A stretch of 64,000 nt of DNA from Eledone cirrhosa (GCA_964016885.1 OZ024740.1:131130001-131194000), one strand, 5' to 3'. Positions 13,275-31,689 are shown, counted from the stretch's first letter. The notes: generated from the letters alone by a model not told the origin. Numbers and translations: made by a program.

Positions 13275-15478
13275 ATCATCATCATCATCACCGTTTTACG
13301 GCCCTTCTTCCACGCTAGCATGGGTTAGACGGGTTGTCCTGCTGTGGGCAGTGTCTGGTCGGCTGACTATGCCTTGCTCATACAGGAACTGATTTGGCTT
13401 GATTTCTACAGATGGATGCCCTTCCTAACACCAACCTCATTTACAGTGAGTGCTGGGTGCTCTTTCGTGGCGCCTACACGTCCACTTTACAGTGTGGGCT
13501 GGGTGCTTTTTTGCCGTGGCACGTCCACGACCACCTTGCAGTGGGAGGGTGTGGGGGCATATTATCTTTATGCTTCAGCTTGTACCCATGGGATGTCGGG
13601 TACTCTGTATTGCTGCGTGACGGTCACGGTCGTATGTCATCGCCTTTGAGATGTGTAATTGGGTAAGGTCGGCTTTTATCACCTCATCCCAGGTCTTCTT
13701 GGGTCTCCCCACTCCGCGGTTTCCATTGACTTCTAGTCCTCTGCACCTTTTTATGCAGCTGTCATCCTTCATACGCATCACATGTCCATACCAACGCAAC
13801 CGCCTCTGCTGCACACGGCATTTGATTCCTCTTATACTCAGTCTCTCTCTTAATTAATTTATGCTTTGTCGTTCGCGTATATTACTATTACACTTCCATC
13901 GGAGCAGGCAGGTTTCGTTTCTCCCTAATCTACGTAAGTCTTCAACCTTCAGCGCCTAGGTCTCACTACCATGTAACATTGCTGTTCGGATACACGCATC
14001 ATACAGTCTGCCTTTGATTTTGAGGCAGACGACTTTTGCAGCTAGCAGTGGCAGTAGTACCCTGAACTTCTTCCATCCCGTTCTTACACTAGTTATTGTA
14101 CATTCTGATCACCCACCTCCACTGCTATTTCGGTCACCTAGGTAGCAAAAGCTCTCTACTGTCTCTACATAGTCCTCCCAGAGATTGGTGGTACTTGTTT
14201 CCTGTGGCTGTTTGCTGCATGCTGTCCCAGCACAGCTGCTGCATGTGAAGCATACATTCTTAATTAAGCTTCCTGAGATCCCGCTACATTACTTGTGTAA
14301 CCATTGTTTGCATTTGGGGCAGAGAATGGAGTTCCTACCTATATTCTTTCCTACATACTGAACAAGGCAATTTCTCTGAGGGGATCTGGGTTCTGTTTTC
14401 TCGTCTACTTACAAGGACATTAATCTTTGTCATGTTGACTTTGAGACCCTTTCTTTCTAGTCCATGCTTCCAAGTTTGGAATTTCTTCTCTAGTTCTAAC
14501 ATAGATTCAGCTATAAGTGCGAGGTCATCAGCATACAGGAGTTCCCATGGGCATCCGGTCTTAAACTCCTCTGTTATTGCCTGCAGGACTATGATGAACA
14601 GGAGAGGGCTAAGAACAGAGTTCTGGTGGACACCGACCTGTACGCTAAATTCCTCGCTATAGTCATTGCTAATCCTAACTTTGCTGACTGCTCCCCTATA
14701 CATGGCTTGTACAGCTTTCACAAGCCATTCATCTATTCTTAGTTTTCTAAGAGCCCATCAGATTACAGCACGTGGAACTCTGTCAAAAGCTTTCTCGAGA
14801 TCGACGAATGCCAGGTAGAGTGGGTTACTTTTAGCTAGGTACTTTTCCTGTAACTGCCTCACAAGGAAGAGGGCATCAGTCGTGCCTCTTCCTGGTACAA
14901 ACCCAAATTGCATCTCATCTAGTTTCACCCGGTCCCTAATCAACTGTGCTATAACTCTTTCTGTTACTTTCATGACCTGGTCCATCAGCTTCATACCTCT
15001 ATAGTTTCCTTATCGAGTGCATCACCTTTATGTGTGTAGCAGTTGACAATGATGCTACTGCACCAATCTTTTGGTATAGCACCTTCTAATATTACCTGGT
15101 TAACAATACGTGTGTTATAGTGTGACCTACAGACCCAGATGCCTTCAGCATCTCGGCAGCTATACCCGATGGACCGGTTGCCTTCCCCATCTTCATATCT
15201 TTGATTGCCTTACTTACTACGATGCTGCTGACTTGTACTGCTGGCCCCTCTATAGGGTCTACTTGGGGTAGGGTCTCTTCTTCCCATGCATTCTCCTTAT
15301 TTAGTAATATATCATAATGACTCTTCCATGCATCTTTCTTCTCAGCACTTGTGAGGGCAAGCTCACCTTTATCATTCCAGATACACTTCTCTCCAGTGAA
15401 ATCACAATTCTCTCTGACACACAGCCTCGCAATATTGAACACTTGCTGTTTCTGGTCCTCACGTTGCAAAACATGCTT

Positions 15479-15480
<2 letters not shown>
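13275..15480 (-). mobile_element. 5'-truncated RTE-clade LINE (frameshifted RT with an internal PHD-like finger, 3' UTR, (TGA)n tail)
   Basis: Motifs KATGPSGIAAE, QFGFVPGRGTTDA, AFVDLEKAFDRVPR, VGVHQNSVLSPLLF, LLYADDL and RRLRWYGHVMR...GRPKKTW. atcatcatc tail at 13275-13290. Confidence 0.95.
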
Positions 15481-15572
<92 letters not shown>

Positions 15573-15575
<3 letters not shown>

Positions 15576-17085
15576 ATTAGTACATCTACCAAGATATGTG
15601 TACAGATGTACACTCATGCTAGCAAATATATAAGTTATATCTTAGTACCTATGTTGTTCTATGCAGGTGAATGCAGAACAATTATATGAAAGACGTAAAA
15701 TAAGAACATTTTAAAAATTAAAAATCAATTTACTTACTAAAATGTTCACTCCAACTAGTTAGTTTCTGTAATGTGATAAATATAGTTACATAATATATAT
15801 AACTATAGAGAATCCATTACGTCATCCGGTAGTCTATTCTCAGCTAAGTTCCCAGGCAATGCGCGGACACTAGGAACCCATATAAAAATGAATAATTCAG
15901 TAGATGGAAGGAAGCTAGCGTGGACTAAATTCCGGAGCACTGAAAAAATGTCACTGCCTCTGGTCAGTGGCAGATTCTAAAGATTCAATCACGTGACACC
16001 GAGGTTAATCAGTTAGGAGCGGGGTAGTATTATGACAAGAGCCTACTACTACCATGAAACAGCAGTAAATTTTGGCCAGTTTTGCTCAACAAATAATTTG
16101 TAGATAAATATAGAGAATTAGTACATCTACCAACATATGTGTACAGATGTACACTCATGCTAGCAAATATATAAGTTATATATTAGTACCTATGTGGTTC
16201 TATGCAGGTGAATGCAGAACAATTATATGAAAGACGTAAAATAAAAAAATTTTAAAAAATTAAAAATCAACTTTGACCAGAGGGAGTGAACATTTTTCAG
16301 TGCTCCGGTATTTAGTCCACGCTACCTTCTTTCCATCTACTGAATTATTATTTTTATATGGGTTCCTAGTGTCCGCACATTGCCTGGAACTTAGCTGAGA
16401 ATAGACTCCCTGATGACGTAATGAATTCTCTATAGTTATATATATATTATGTAACTATATTTATCCCATTACAAAAACTAATTAGTTGGAGTGAAAATGT
16501 TAGTAAGTAAGTTGATTGTTAATTTTTTAAAATTTTCTTATTTTACGTCTTTCATATAATTGTTCTGCATTCACCTGCATAGAACCACATAGGTACTAAT
16601 ATATAACTTATATATTTGCTAGCATGAGTGTACATCTGTACACATATGTTGGTAGATGTACTAATTCTCTATATTTATCTCCAAATTATTTGTTGAGCAA
16701 AACTGGCCAAAATTTAATGCTGTTTCATGGTAGTAGTAGGCTCTTGTCATAATACCCCGCTCCTAACTGATTAACCTTGGTGTCACGTGATTGATTCTTT
16801 AGAATCTGCCACTGACCAGAGGCAGTGACATTTTTTCAGTGCTCCGGAATTTAGTACACGCTAGCTTCTTTCCATCTACAGAATTATTATTTTTATATGG
16901 GTTCCTAGTGTCCGCGCATTGCCTGGAACTTACCTGAGAATAGACTCCCTGATGACGTAATGAATGCTCTATAGTTATATATATTATGTAACTATATTTA
17001 TCCCATTACAGAAACTTACTAGTTGGAGTGAAAATGTTAGTAAGTAAGTTTATTTTTTATTTTTTAAATTTTCTTATTCTAGGTC

Positions 17086-17090
<5 letters not shown>
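15573..17090. repeat. 541-bp unit repeat, ~1.3 units forward then ~1.5 units inverted, between (GA)n and (TA)n
   Basis: agaattagtacatctacc recurs at 15573 and 16114. Orientation flips at ~16272, and the reverse copies run 16273-17090. Confidence 0.92.
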
Positions 17091-17545
<455 letters not shown>

Positions 17546-17984
17546 AGGAGATTAATATCCTCCCAGGTACTAAGTACCTTTGGAAATATATAGGGTGTCT
17601 ATGGTACAGTTGCTCTTCTATGGTATTCATTTGACATACCAGAAATATAATATTGAGATAAGCGGAGCAAGTAAGATTCAAACAATGTTTTTAAATAAAT
17701 TTAAAAATATAATTTTAACATTTATCTATTCCATTTGCGTTTACCGACGGCTTCAACTTACAAAAGATTGGAGATCCTAGGGACTTCCAATGGAAATGTT
17801 CGGATCATCAGAGACCATTGTCCTTACCTAGGACAACAGTCTCAGGAACGGCAACATATATTGCCACCCGCCAGCTAGCACAGCATCGAATGAGGCCGTA
17901 AACTTGATATTTGCTTGAATCAGCCCTTAGTAGAAGAGGAAATAAACATAGACGTGTTGTCTGTCACGATACTAAAAGTAGCAG

Positions 17985-18354
17985 CTGTATGCTTCATTAA
18001 TAGCATTTTGAAGACCATACGCTATCGTTTTAAAGTAGCGACATTGTCGCTTACTTAAATTTTCGGCAGACAAGGGGTGCTATTTCAGAGCACCAATTCT
18101 AATTTTCAATTTCTGCTTGGCCTGCGTCCGCCCTGTAAAATCTGTTACTGATTGTTACTGGAATTCTATAAGAATCCATCACGCATAATTTTCGGAAGAC
18201 AGGGAGAGTAGTGAGTTTTGATAATTACCAAAAAGTACGAAACAGAGCTGTCAACTTGTCTCCCCCTGTCTGCCTAAAATTTAAGTAAGCGACAATGTCG
18301 CTACTTTAAAACAATAGCCTATGGTCTTCAAAATGTTTTTAATTAAGCATACAG
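17985..18354. repeat. Inverted repeat with ~93-bp arms (17985-18077, 18261-18354)
   Basis: gtatgct...gtagcgacattgtcgcttac...cagacaagggg and its reverse complement. Confidence 0.9.
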
Positions 18355-18806
18355 TGTATTGCAATATACACTTTATATACATTCATATATATATATATCG
18401 CTATTTCAAAGCACCAATTCCAATATATGTAAATGTTCGCTCTACAGGGCTGAATACAATAGGTGTAATCTGAGTTTTTCGAATATTAATAATGACATTC
18501 GATTCGTTTGCATTTATACAAACAAGTCTCGTTTATAACGCTATGTCACTGTATATTTTAGAAAATAGCATATATTCACACTAGTTTTGACAGTTGGCAG
18601 TGAACAGTGAGCTATACTGATGAGGGGCTCATTCTACTGACATGGCGTTAAAAATGAGGCTTGTTTCCATAATTGCAAACGAATGGAATGTTATTATTGA
18701 TATTCGAAAACTTAGATTATATATATACATAAAATACACACACGCACGCACACACACACGTATATATATATATATATATATCAAATACACACAAACAGAC
18801 ATACGC

Positions 18807-18959
<153 letters not shown>

Positions 18960-19208
18960 CGAACAAACCTTACAACATTTTAATTTTGGAATTATACAAT
19001 TGTATTATTAAGCACATTTCTGTAACACGAGCATGTTGCAGTTATGTAAATAAATTAAAACAACTGAATGGAGTCGCTTCAACGTCATTCACAAGTAATT
19101 ATATTATTTACGTTGATTAATAAATTCTAAGGAAATCACTAGAGAGAAAAACGTGGAATTCCTTACAGTATTGCCGGAAACATTCTTAGGACAATTAAAT
19201 AATTTAAT

Positions 19209-19380
19209 TGTTTCTACTTTTGGCACAAGGCCAGCAATTACCCAGTACATTACTGGTACTTTATTTTATCGACCCCGTAAGGATGAAAGGCAAAGTCAAC
19301 CTCGGCAGGATTTGAACTCAGATCGTAAAGGGACGTAACTATGCTGGAAAGCATGGCGTCCGACCCTCTGCCAATCCACC
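19209..19380 (-). mobile_element. tRNA-derived SINE
   Basis: 19-bp TSD gacaattaaataatttaat at 19190-19208 and 19381-19399. Confidence 0.92.
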
Positions 19381-20192
19381 GACAATTAAATAATTTAATA
19401 TAAGTTTATCCTAGTTAGATGTATTCATTTTATATATGTCCTGTGACACTGTAAAACGAGTTTGATTGGAAATGACCGATTATATTAAACTGTGAACTGT
19501 CTTTAACCTATATTCCTGTGGACCATAATATCACATTTATACTTCGAATTATTATTTATGTTATGTGCCATCAACTCGTCTGAACTATTTTAGAATCCAA
19601 CCTTTGTTATATTGTATCACTATAAATGAGTCGAGAAATATCCTTGATAAGCTGTTCTTTCACTAATATCTGTATAACCGTTCCTCACGTTCGAATTACC
19701 AGCATATGTGTGACTGTGTGCGTGTTTCTAGGGTTTATAAACAAGTGTATACATGAATAATCTATCCCTGGTCATTCCGTGGGAAGCGATGCTGAATATT
19801 TATTGAAGTCGTAGTCCGGGGCCAAACGCATCCCTGTGAGGCAAAACAAAAAGCAGCACATCTAGAGGGAAAAGCTCTGGTGATACCTGTCACATTCGTC
19901 AGTTATGGCGAAGCAACCTATTCGTGGGAAACAGACATGGAAAAGACCAGGATGATCTACATAATAGCAGATATATTCAATATTCATTGACTTTTAGACG
20001 ATACTTAATATATCTTAGCGTAACAATGTCACATCTGATGATGTTATGGAAACGCTGAGTAGTATACATGATATTACCACAGGACGAACGCGTTGTATAT
20101 TTGATTCCCTTTAGAAATTGTCTTGCTTCGAGCCTAGTGGAAGGAGGTCCGTCATAGTTCCTGCGGTGCTGTCGAAAAAGACTTTGAGAAAT

Positions 20193-20264
<72 letters not shown>

Positions 20265-20267
<3 letters not shown>

Positions 20268-22890
20268 TAATAAAAACAATGAAATAAAAACAAAGAACAG
20301 GTTCCTTATATTGAACGATTCATCATGTTACGATCGTTTCCGTGATATATATGTGTGTTGGTATGTATATCATGTTAACGATCTATGTAAAAGAATTACA
20401 AATTATCAGAAGAGATATACATACCTTCACCTATATATGGTATCTTCAGAAATGATGAAGTATGTTTATTGAAAGAAACAAAGTATTAATATAAAATGTC
20501 TGTTTGGGCACATGTTTTGAATTGACCAATAACAAAGAGTTAGAGGTCAAGTTGATAGAATTACAGTAGTAGAACTTGATGCTAGGAGAGGAGGAATGTA
20601 AATTTATGCTTTGAATGAAAAGAATACAATGGGGAAGAGAAAGATAATGAGGTAAAATAAAGGAAATAGTGAAGGTGTCCCAAAAAATGTTGTTATTACA
20701 AATGCTGTTAAAAGCGAAGGGCAATACATTTGTGGGATGATAGTATTAGTGAGAAATACTAATCCTATTTAAATTTCAAGGATCCTAGATACATGAAAGG
20801 AAATTAAATTTATTGTTAGGTATACTTACAGAGTTAAAATTATATTAATTCTTATGAATGTGATATATAAAGAAGTAAAACAATAAAAATATATGAAATA
20901 TATATAGAAATACTGAAATAGGTAAAATTTTATAAAAAGCAGTGTATCTATCTAAACATCCATAATATTAAATATTTAATTATATTTAATAATCCTAGGT
21001 ATTAAATGTGATAAATAGGGGATGCGGTTAAAAAATTAGTGAAGTTAAAGATGACTTTAGGTAAAGTGACCTGTAAGAGGGAAATAACATTATGAAATTC
21101 TCGGTAGTAAATTTCTAATTATAGGTTAACTAAATTAAAAAGATTTAAAAAAAATTAATCATAATGATTTGTAAAATATATTAGTGAGGTATATACTAAT
21201 TAAGTTTATAATATTTGAAGGTTTTTCTATTTCTATGATTGCATCATATAATTAACTCCTGTCCCTTATTTAATAGGATATTATTAGATTTCATGATTTT
21301 AAATAGTTCTTGGGAGCATAATCTACACTCATATCTGGTATGTTGATAAGGGGTCGCCCTTTTGAGCACGCTCCAGGTCAGGTTGTAATCAATATCCATC
21401 TTTCTATAATTATTAATTGCTTCAGCCAAGGAGGTTGTATTAGCTAATGCGCCATTTTTAAAACTATGTTTGTGGGTATTACATTTTACTTTAAATTGGT
21501 TAGACGTAGCTCCTATATAGAATTGCGTGGAGTCCTTAGTAATAAATACACATTTATAGACTATGTTATTAATAAGACAATTTCCCTTTAATCTTTTGAT
21601 TCTACAGTTACAACCATTCGTAAATATTGTATCAGGAGAGTTAATTGTGTTATCTATAGTGGTATTAGTGTTACTATTTTCATTAATGTATGGTTTAGAA
21701 TGGTTTGTAATTAGATTAGTATGGTTAGATAGGTTGTTGGTGGGTGATAGGATAGGGATGTGGAGCTAGTAGAGATCTGTTTGTTTTGGATATATTAGTC
21801 AAAATTGGTGTAGCATTTACGGGACCTATTGTCGGTGAAGAAGAAGGTGGTTTATTTTGGTTTACTTTAGTATTATTATGGTCGGTTTGATGTGTTGGTG
21901 GTATAATAATGTTTTTTTTTTACAGTTATATGTGTTGTAAGCACTTATATTCTGTTGTATATTCTTGGTAGTGGAGTAGAAATTTGACAGTAGATCTATT
22001 TAATATTTGATGGTAATTATGGTGTGGGGGGAGGTTTTTCTCTAGGATAGCAAATAATTTTTTAGGGATATGGTCTTTAATCTGTAGATTAAATGGAGCA
22101 TTATAACAAGTAACTCGTCTATTACAATTTCGTTCGACATTGTTTCTTATATTTATACGATGTATCGGGAGGTTTAATGAGATAGTTACTATTAGTGATT
22201 CGATTATACATAGGTTTAGTTAGATTAATTGATTTAGATGTTTGGGTCTGATTAATAGGAATTTTGTTAGATATGTTGTTGACATATGTTAGAGTATTAG
22301 GGTGAATGTTTTTTTGAAAGTCATTATACTTATGGGAGAAGAGGTAGAGAAATTAAGTTTTGGGTTGGTGTTTTAGGTATAGTATGAGTGGCATTTAGGT
22401 GTGGGTGTTTCATTTGGTGTTTGTTGGTCATATTAGGTTGTATGTTTGAAATATTATTGGTGCAAGGTATATAGACTAATTTGTTCTTGTGGCCGCTTCT
22501 AGCTGAAGCTTCAATATAATAATGATTTGATGAAAGGTTAGATATTCTGAGTGACTTATTATATTTGCTAGGTTTTTAAGGATATATGTAGGGTGATTAG
22601 ATTGGGAGTGTATGTATTGCAAGTTTTGGTTTGGTTTATGGTAAGGTTGATTGATACCCGTACATAGGTCCATAGTTATATCTAGGAAATTGAATATTTT
22701 ACAGGTGTTTTCAAATGTAATAGTGAGATTATAATAGACTTTGAGGAAAGTTCTAATAAGATTTTTAATTCTTAAAATTTCTGATAGGCTAAGTTTAGTG
22801 GATATAAGAAGACAGTAACCACGATATAAACCAGCTTTAAGGCGGGAAAAAGGTGAATTAATATTAAATAGAAGAAAAAGTCCCACAAGA
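20265..22890 (-). mobile_element. Decayed, 5'-truncated PLE of the YRDDG type (RT C-terminus, CNCR linker, GIY-YIG, 3' UTR)
   Basis: Peptides LVGLFLL...AGLYRGYCL (decayed GLYRDDGL), NFLDITMDL..PYHKPN..YIHSQSNHP, CNCR..GNCLINNIVYKC..FYIGAT and CRLCSQE. Bounded by (TA)n. Confidence 0.8.
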
Positions 22891-22893
22891 TAT

Positions 22894-23041
<148 letters not shown>

Positions 23042-23048
23042 ATATATA

Positions 23049-23300
23049 TGGTGGGGGTCTGTGTAAAAGGTAAACAGAAATAACAACATAATCAGTACAT
23101 TATAGGGGAAGGAATATAGTAGGTCAACACTTGAAATAGTAGGAACAGGCTCTTAACGTTTGAGATTATAGTCCTTCATCAGAAGAAATAATGAGGAATT
23201 AGAAAGATTGAAGGGGCGGGCGGGGTGGACATGGGAAAATGTTTTTAGAGAAAAAATAAGAGGTCCATTCATGTTGCCATCCCTTGTGTGTGAAGGTTAT
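23049..23300 (-). mobile_element. PLE pLTR-like fragment with a decayed HHR
   Basis: Minus strand 23151-23186 reads tctt CTGATGA aggactataatct CAAA cg TT aaga. Confidence 0.4.
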
Positions 23301-23569
23301 ATATCGAATAATAAACGATTATTTTTTGAGTAGATATTTGAAAGACTTTAGCTATGAATATTAAATTTAATGACTGATATCATCTACCCTGTTACAACAG
23401 AGCCAAAGTCAAGTAAACGATAGCGGTGTTTCTGGAAGTAATATATTACCTTCTTTGCCTCTTACTAGAGCTCAAATGAGCCGAAAACAGTCTCTTTAAT
23501 TATGTTTGTGGGCTGATAACCCTCATTTGCTCACGAAGCTTAGGGTGGCTCAGGCTGAATAATAATTAG

Positions 23570-23633
<64 letters not shown>

Positions 23634-23638
<5 letters not shown>

Positions 23639-24460
23639 ATACTTTGGGAAGGTCATGTTGCCAATACGAAACACACGCACCAGCTGCTTTCACTTCATTT
23701 TATTATAAATTAAATTTATAAATTTAGGAATTTATATATTTCCGGTTGGTTGGTTGCACAACCAGATTATTGTTCATATGTTGTCAAAGTTATTTTGTCA
23801 CACATCATGTGACCTCTTCAGTGAGTGGGGATTATTTTCTTTGTTTTTGTGCCTCTCCTTTGTTCTGCCTACGCCATCTTGGTTTTGTGTGTGCTCTGTA
23901 CTTAGTTTACGCATGTGTTACATCCGGGTGCCTGTGTGTGTTTTGTATTTGTTTATTTAATTGTTTATTTACATGAATGGAACAGCAACATCACAACTTA
24001 CAGTTAAGGACAAAATGAAAACACACACACACATAGAACAAACAACCAACCACTAACATGTAAATAAACAAATAAATAAACATATATAAACACACACAGA
24101 CATCCGGATGTAACACATGCGCAAACTAAGCACACAATACACACAAAAACAAGATGGCGTAGGAGGGAACAATGGAGAGGCACAAAAACAAAGAAAATAA
24201 ACCCCAGTCACTGAAGAGGTCACAGAATGTGTGACGAAATAACTTTGACAATATATGAACAAACATCTGGTTATATAACCAACCAACTGGAAATTTATAA
24301 ATTCCTAAATTTATAAATTTAATTTATAATAAATTGAAGTGAAAGCAACTGGTGTGTGTGTTCCTTATTGGCAACATGACCCTCCTAAAGTATAACAATA
24401 TCGGTTTCCACACACGTTTTCAGATAAAGAATATTGTTAAACAAATGCAGAAAAGAAATA
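23634..24460. mobile_element. Fold-back non-coding element with ~340-bp inverted arms (23634-23975, 24057-24399), HHR-bearing
   Basis: The arms are reverse complements with scattered mismatches. A third copy lies at 57925-58310. Inserted in (TA)n. Confidence 0.88.
24207..24249 (+). ncRNA. Type I hammerhead ribozyme motif, intact core
   Basis: gtca CTGAAGA g gtcaca-gaatg-tgtgac GAAA taac TT tgac. Stem I gtca/tgac, 6-bp stem II. Confidence 0.75.
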
Positions 24461-24595
24461 TATATATCCTGAATATTTCTAAAGAATGAAACAGTCCTAG
24501 TCCTGTAGAATCTCATCTATATTAACATTTTTATACTCTGCAATGTATTGAGTACCTTACTTACTATTGTTACCTCCAATTCAACCCGGTATAAC

Positions 24596-24647
<52 letters not shown>

Positions 24648-25169
24648 ATCTATAGACTAATATACGTAATTTTTCACTATGCGTGTATATCTATATACAG
24701 AGGTCTGATAATGCTTCGTTATAAATTAGTTTATGATTATTTTTACGAATGTTTTCCTTGTGAGCAAAATACTTTTTTATGAAAATCACTTTACCTCAGA
24801 AGATAATCTCCTTTTACAGTTTTAAATGTATTTCTTCGAAGAGATAAAAGACTGCTTGATTGATATATTTTCAATGTCTTTTTCAACTATAGTTCGCTAA
24901 AATATTGATTTATTGTCAGGAATATGTCACACATTCCAGTAAATATCAAATTTATATTGCTTCTAGAACAGCTTTTCAAACTAGACATGCAATGTAGTGC
25001 ACAGTAATTTTGTAATGTATATACGGAATGAAAGTTATTCATTTCAATTTTTTTCATATCAAACTAAAATCTAAAGCTAATGAAAGCTCAAGTATATATA
25101 TTAATGTTTACAATCACACACACACTTACACAGACAGACGCACGCACGCACACACCCACACCCACACCA

Positions 25170-25220
<51 letters not shown>

Positions 25221-25963
25221 GTAATAATAATAAATGTGAAGACTTAAATACATACATACATACATGTATACCTACCTACCTACCTACCTACATACATATA
25301 TACATAGATAGTACTTGTATTATTAGATCTTTTACTGCATACTGCCAACGTTTTAAAACGAAATAATATCTACAATAAAAGAAGATGGGGAAGGAGTTTG
25401 GGGCCATTAATTTAAGGGCCTCAAATACATTGCTCTTGTCACTTGGTGCTGTACATATGGTAAAAACACCAAATAAATATTGTTTGCTGAATATAGTGGC
25501 ATATTGGCGGATCTGATATTTGTAATTTCTTCACCAGTGACAGAAAGGTGGAGTTTGTCTTAATAACATAAAGCCGTGAGACGGATGGAAATGATGGATG
25601 TCTTGTGATGTTGGCAGAACATTAAAAAACAAAATGTGTATCGCTCTAGCATTGTGGATACTTAAATATTTCAAAGCCAACCGTAAAATTGTTCGGTATG
25701 CAAATTAAGTCAATGGGCCGATATATATATATTTCAGAATACTATATAAGCTCAGCAGTTCTAGCGGGAAGCAGCGACGGGCATACACAGTCTTGATAAG
25801 GAGCAACAAATCCGAAAAAAATTGACGACTGTTTTGTCTCAGTAACCACACGAACAAAAGGATTATGTAGTCATATGGATAACATACATATTGTTAATGA
25901 GGCTGTTTGCTTGTAAACAAACCGAATATTAATCCTATTATAATATTATTATCATTCACTCAC

Positions 25964-29341
<3,378 letters not shown>

Positions 29342-29483
29342 ATAGAATGAAACAAAATTTAATTTCTCGCTCTTATTTCGGCACTTACTTAAATGTAAGT
29401 ATGTATGTATACGTACATACATATATTAATACTGTACGTCTGTATACATATACGTATGTACGTATACATACATACATACTTAC

Positions 29484-29521
<38 letters not shown>

Positions 29522-29525
<4 letters not shown>

Positions 29526-29730
29526 AATTACTATATCTACCAACCAACATATATATACAGATGCATACATATGCTAGCAAATATATAGGTTTTGTCTTAG
29601 TAACTTTGTGGTTCAATGTTGATACAGAATAATTATATGAAATACGTAAAATAAGAAAATTATAAAAATGAACTTACTTTCAGTAAATAAGTTAATTTTT
29701 ATAATTTTCTTATTTTACGTCTTTCATATA
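29522..29730. repeat. Diverged partial copy of the 541-bp unit ending in a ~40-bp-arm fold-back
   Basis: aagaattactatatctacc...gctagcaaatatata...tatgaaatacgtaaaataaga matches 15573-15720 and is followed by its own reverse complement. Confidence 0.75.
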
Positions 29731-30578
29731 TATATATATATATATATAAAATATTGAGTTATAAATATATATATATATATAAAATATTGAGTTATTAATA
29801 GATATATATATGAAATATTGAGTTATAAACTCAATTTACAATGAAATAGCTCAGAGAAGGAAATATTTTTGAGCCGTGTTATACAAATGAATACATGTTT
29901 CTCAGTCTTCTTATGTATTTTGAAGTGGAAGGTACCAATTTCTGGATACCTGCAGAAGAGCACAGGAAGAGTAACGTTCACTTAATTGTGGCGAAAGAAA
30001 TTTAAAATCTGTCAAACAGATTTAAAATGTGTCCAGGTAACACGGCCATTGCCAATATAGCTTTGTTATTTTTATTGATTTATTATTTTAAATCGAGAGT
30101 GGCAAACCATATCATGTTAAATTAGTATTTGTCCAACCTAGCTAACTTGGTCATTTGCAATCCGAACACTTCTATAATTGTATAGATATTCATCCCTCAT
30201 ATATTCTTTTGTATATATATATAAATCATATAAAGACTTTGCCACCAGATCTACCAACCTAACACTCTTATTTACCTACCTAAGTGCCTCTACCACACAT
30301 ATCTCTCTGCCACACTATATAAACAAGACGCACATGCGTGCCACACATATAACATTTGCACTATATAACCACTTATCTTCATGTTGTACTTTAACCTATA
30401 TCTTTGATTTTTGATTGTACCTATTAATATAAATGTAATCTCGAAGTGTGTACTGCCACTCTAAATTCTGTAATGAATGTTGACCCACAATGTTTGAATA
30501 TGTATCAATGTTTGAATATGTATTGGTATGTCTCTCGGCTGAAAAGGAGGTCATATAACTGTCCATGCATTAATAAAT

Positions 30579-30625
30579 TGCTCCGAAGAATCCAAACCTC
30601 GGTTTGGAGGAAACAGCTGTAAGCA
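30579..30625 (+). ncRNA. Type I HHR-like motif (core CCGAAGA) in a pLTR-like segment
   Basis: tgct CCGAAGA a tccaaac-ctcg-gtttgga g GAAA cagctg TA agca, with a palindromic stem III. Confidence 0.6.
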
Positions 30626-30826
30626 CAATAATGTTTTGAACAGTTCTTTGATTCTTATACTTCATATAACTGCTCTGTAAATCATCTGATGTTTTTACAT
30701 TGAGCTACTTAACTTACTGGTAATAAGGTAGTAATACATTACTGCCTACCACTATTTAGGGTGTGTGTAAAATACTTACAACTGCTTAAGGTTTTGTGTT
30801 TACATAACCATAAATAGTATAACTAA

Positions 30827-30891
<65 letters not shown>

Positions 30892-31689
30892 TATAAAATT
30901 TAAAACATTTAAAAATTATCTCTCTACATGGCTGAATACAATAAATGTAATCTGAGTTTTTCGAATATTAATAATAATAAGGCCGATTAATGGCCGGTCA
31001 TTAATCGCTCGAATATAGGAAACTGACTGTCCTGTCTGCTGATATGCAACACTGGCTGATCAGTAGATGTGCTAATATGCAGATCTGACTGACCCGCCAG
31101 ACTCCTAATATGTAAATCAGGCCGTCAGTCACACTAAATTTGAGAAAATATCATATATCTTCACTAGCTCTGACAGTTGAAAGGTGAACAGTGGACTGCT
31201 ATGATGAAAGGTGATACCAGAAACATTAGTATCTGCAGTTCTGTTTACATGCAAACTTAAGTGCAAGACGGACGTATTTGTACCCTTCAACACAACGGGT
31301 CTATCAAATCTAACTTCTTTTTTTATCTAAACTGTTTCCACACTACCCATAGTGGTCAGGTGTATTAATCTTGTCTGCTATTATGACAGATGTAGTCACG
31401 GTGTTTCTCACCTGTTTATTCATATATGCATCAATATTTGAATATGCTTTTGTGTATTCTGTTATTGCTATTATTATCTAGTGTCTTTTCTGCAGAAGTT
31501 ACGAATTCATGTAACATGTATAGTATAAATATTCAAATTCCTCCTTTCTCTTGTTGTTTTTAAGAATAAATAGTTTTCCGAATGAAGCGTGTAAATAATA
31601 TATAATTCAATTTCATGTCGATGAATGTCAATTTTGAAGATATTTAATATTACAGATTTCAAAATGTCCTTAATCGGAACAAATGTGTG

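Noticed and set aside
16405-16440. ctgatga in the reverse copies of the 541-bp unit (also ~16949)
   Set aside because: No stem II, GAAT instead of GAAA, no stem I pairing, and not conserved in the forward copy.
20026-20070. CTGATGA...GAAA spacing
   Set aside because: Stems I and II do not pair convincingly.
29740-29840. Short spaced repeats (aaatattgagttat x3; similar cases at 32524 and 44599) as a CRISPR-like array
   Set aside because: Eukaryotic context, spacers are TA repeats or absent, and there are no cas genes. These are slippage duplications.
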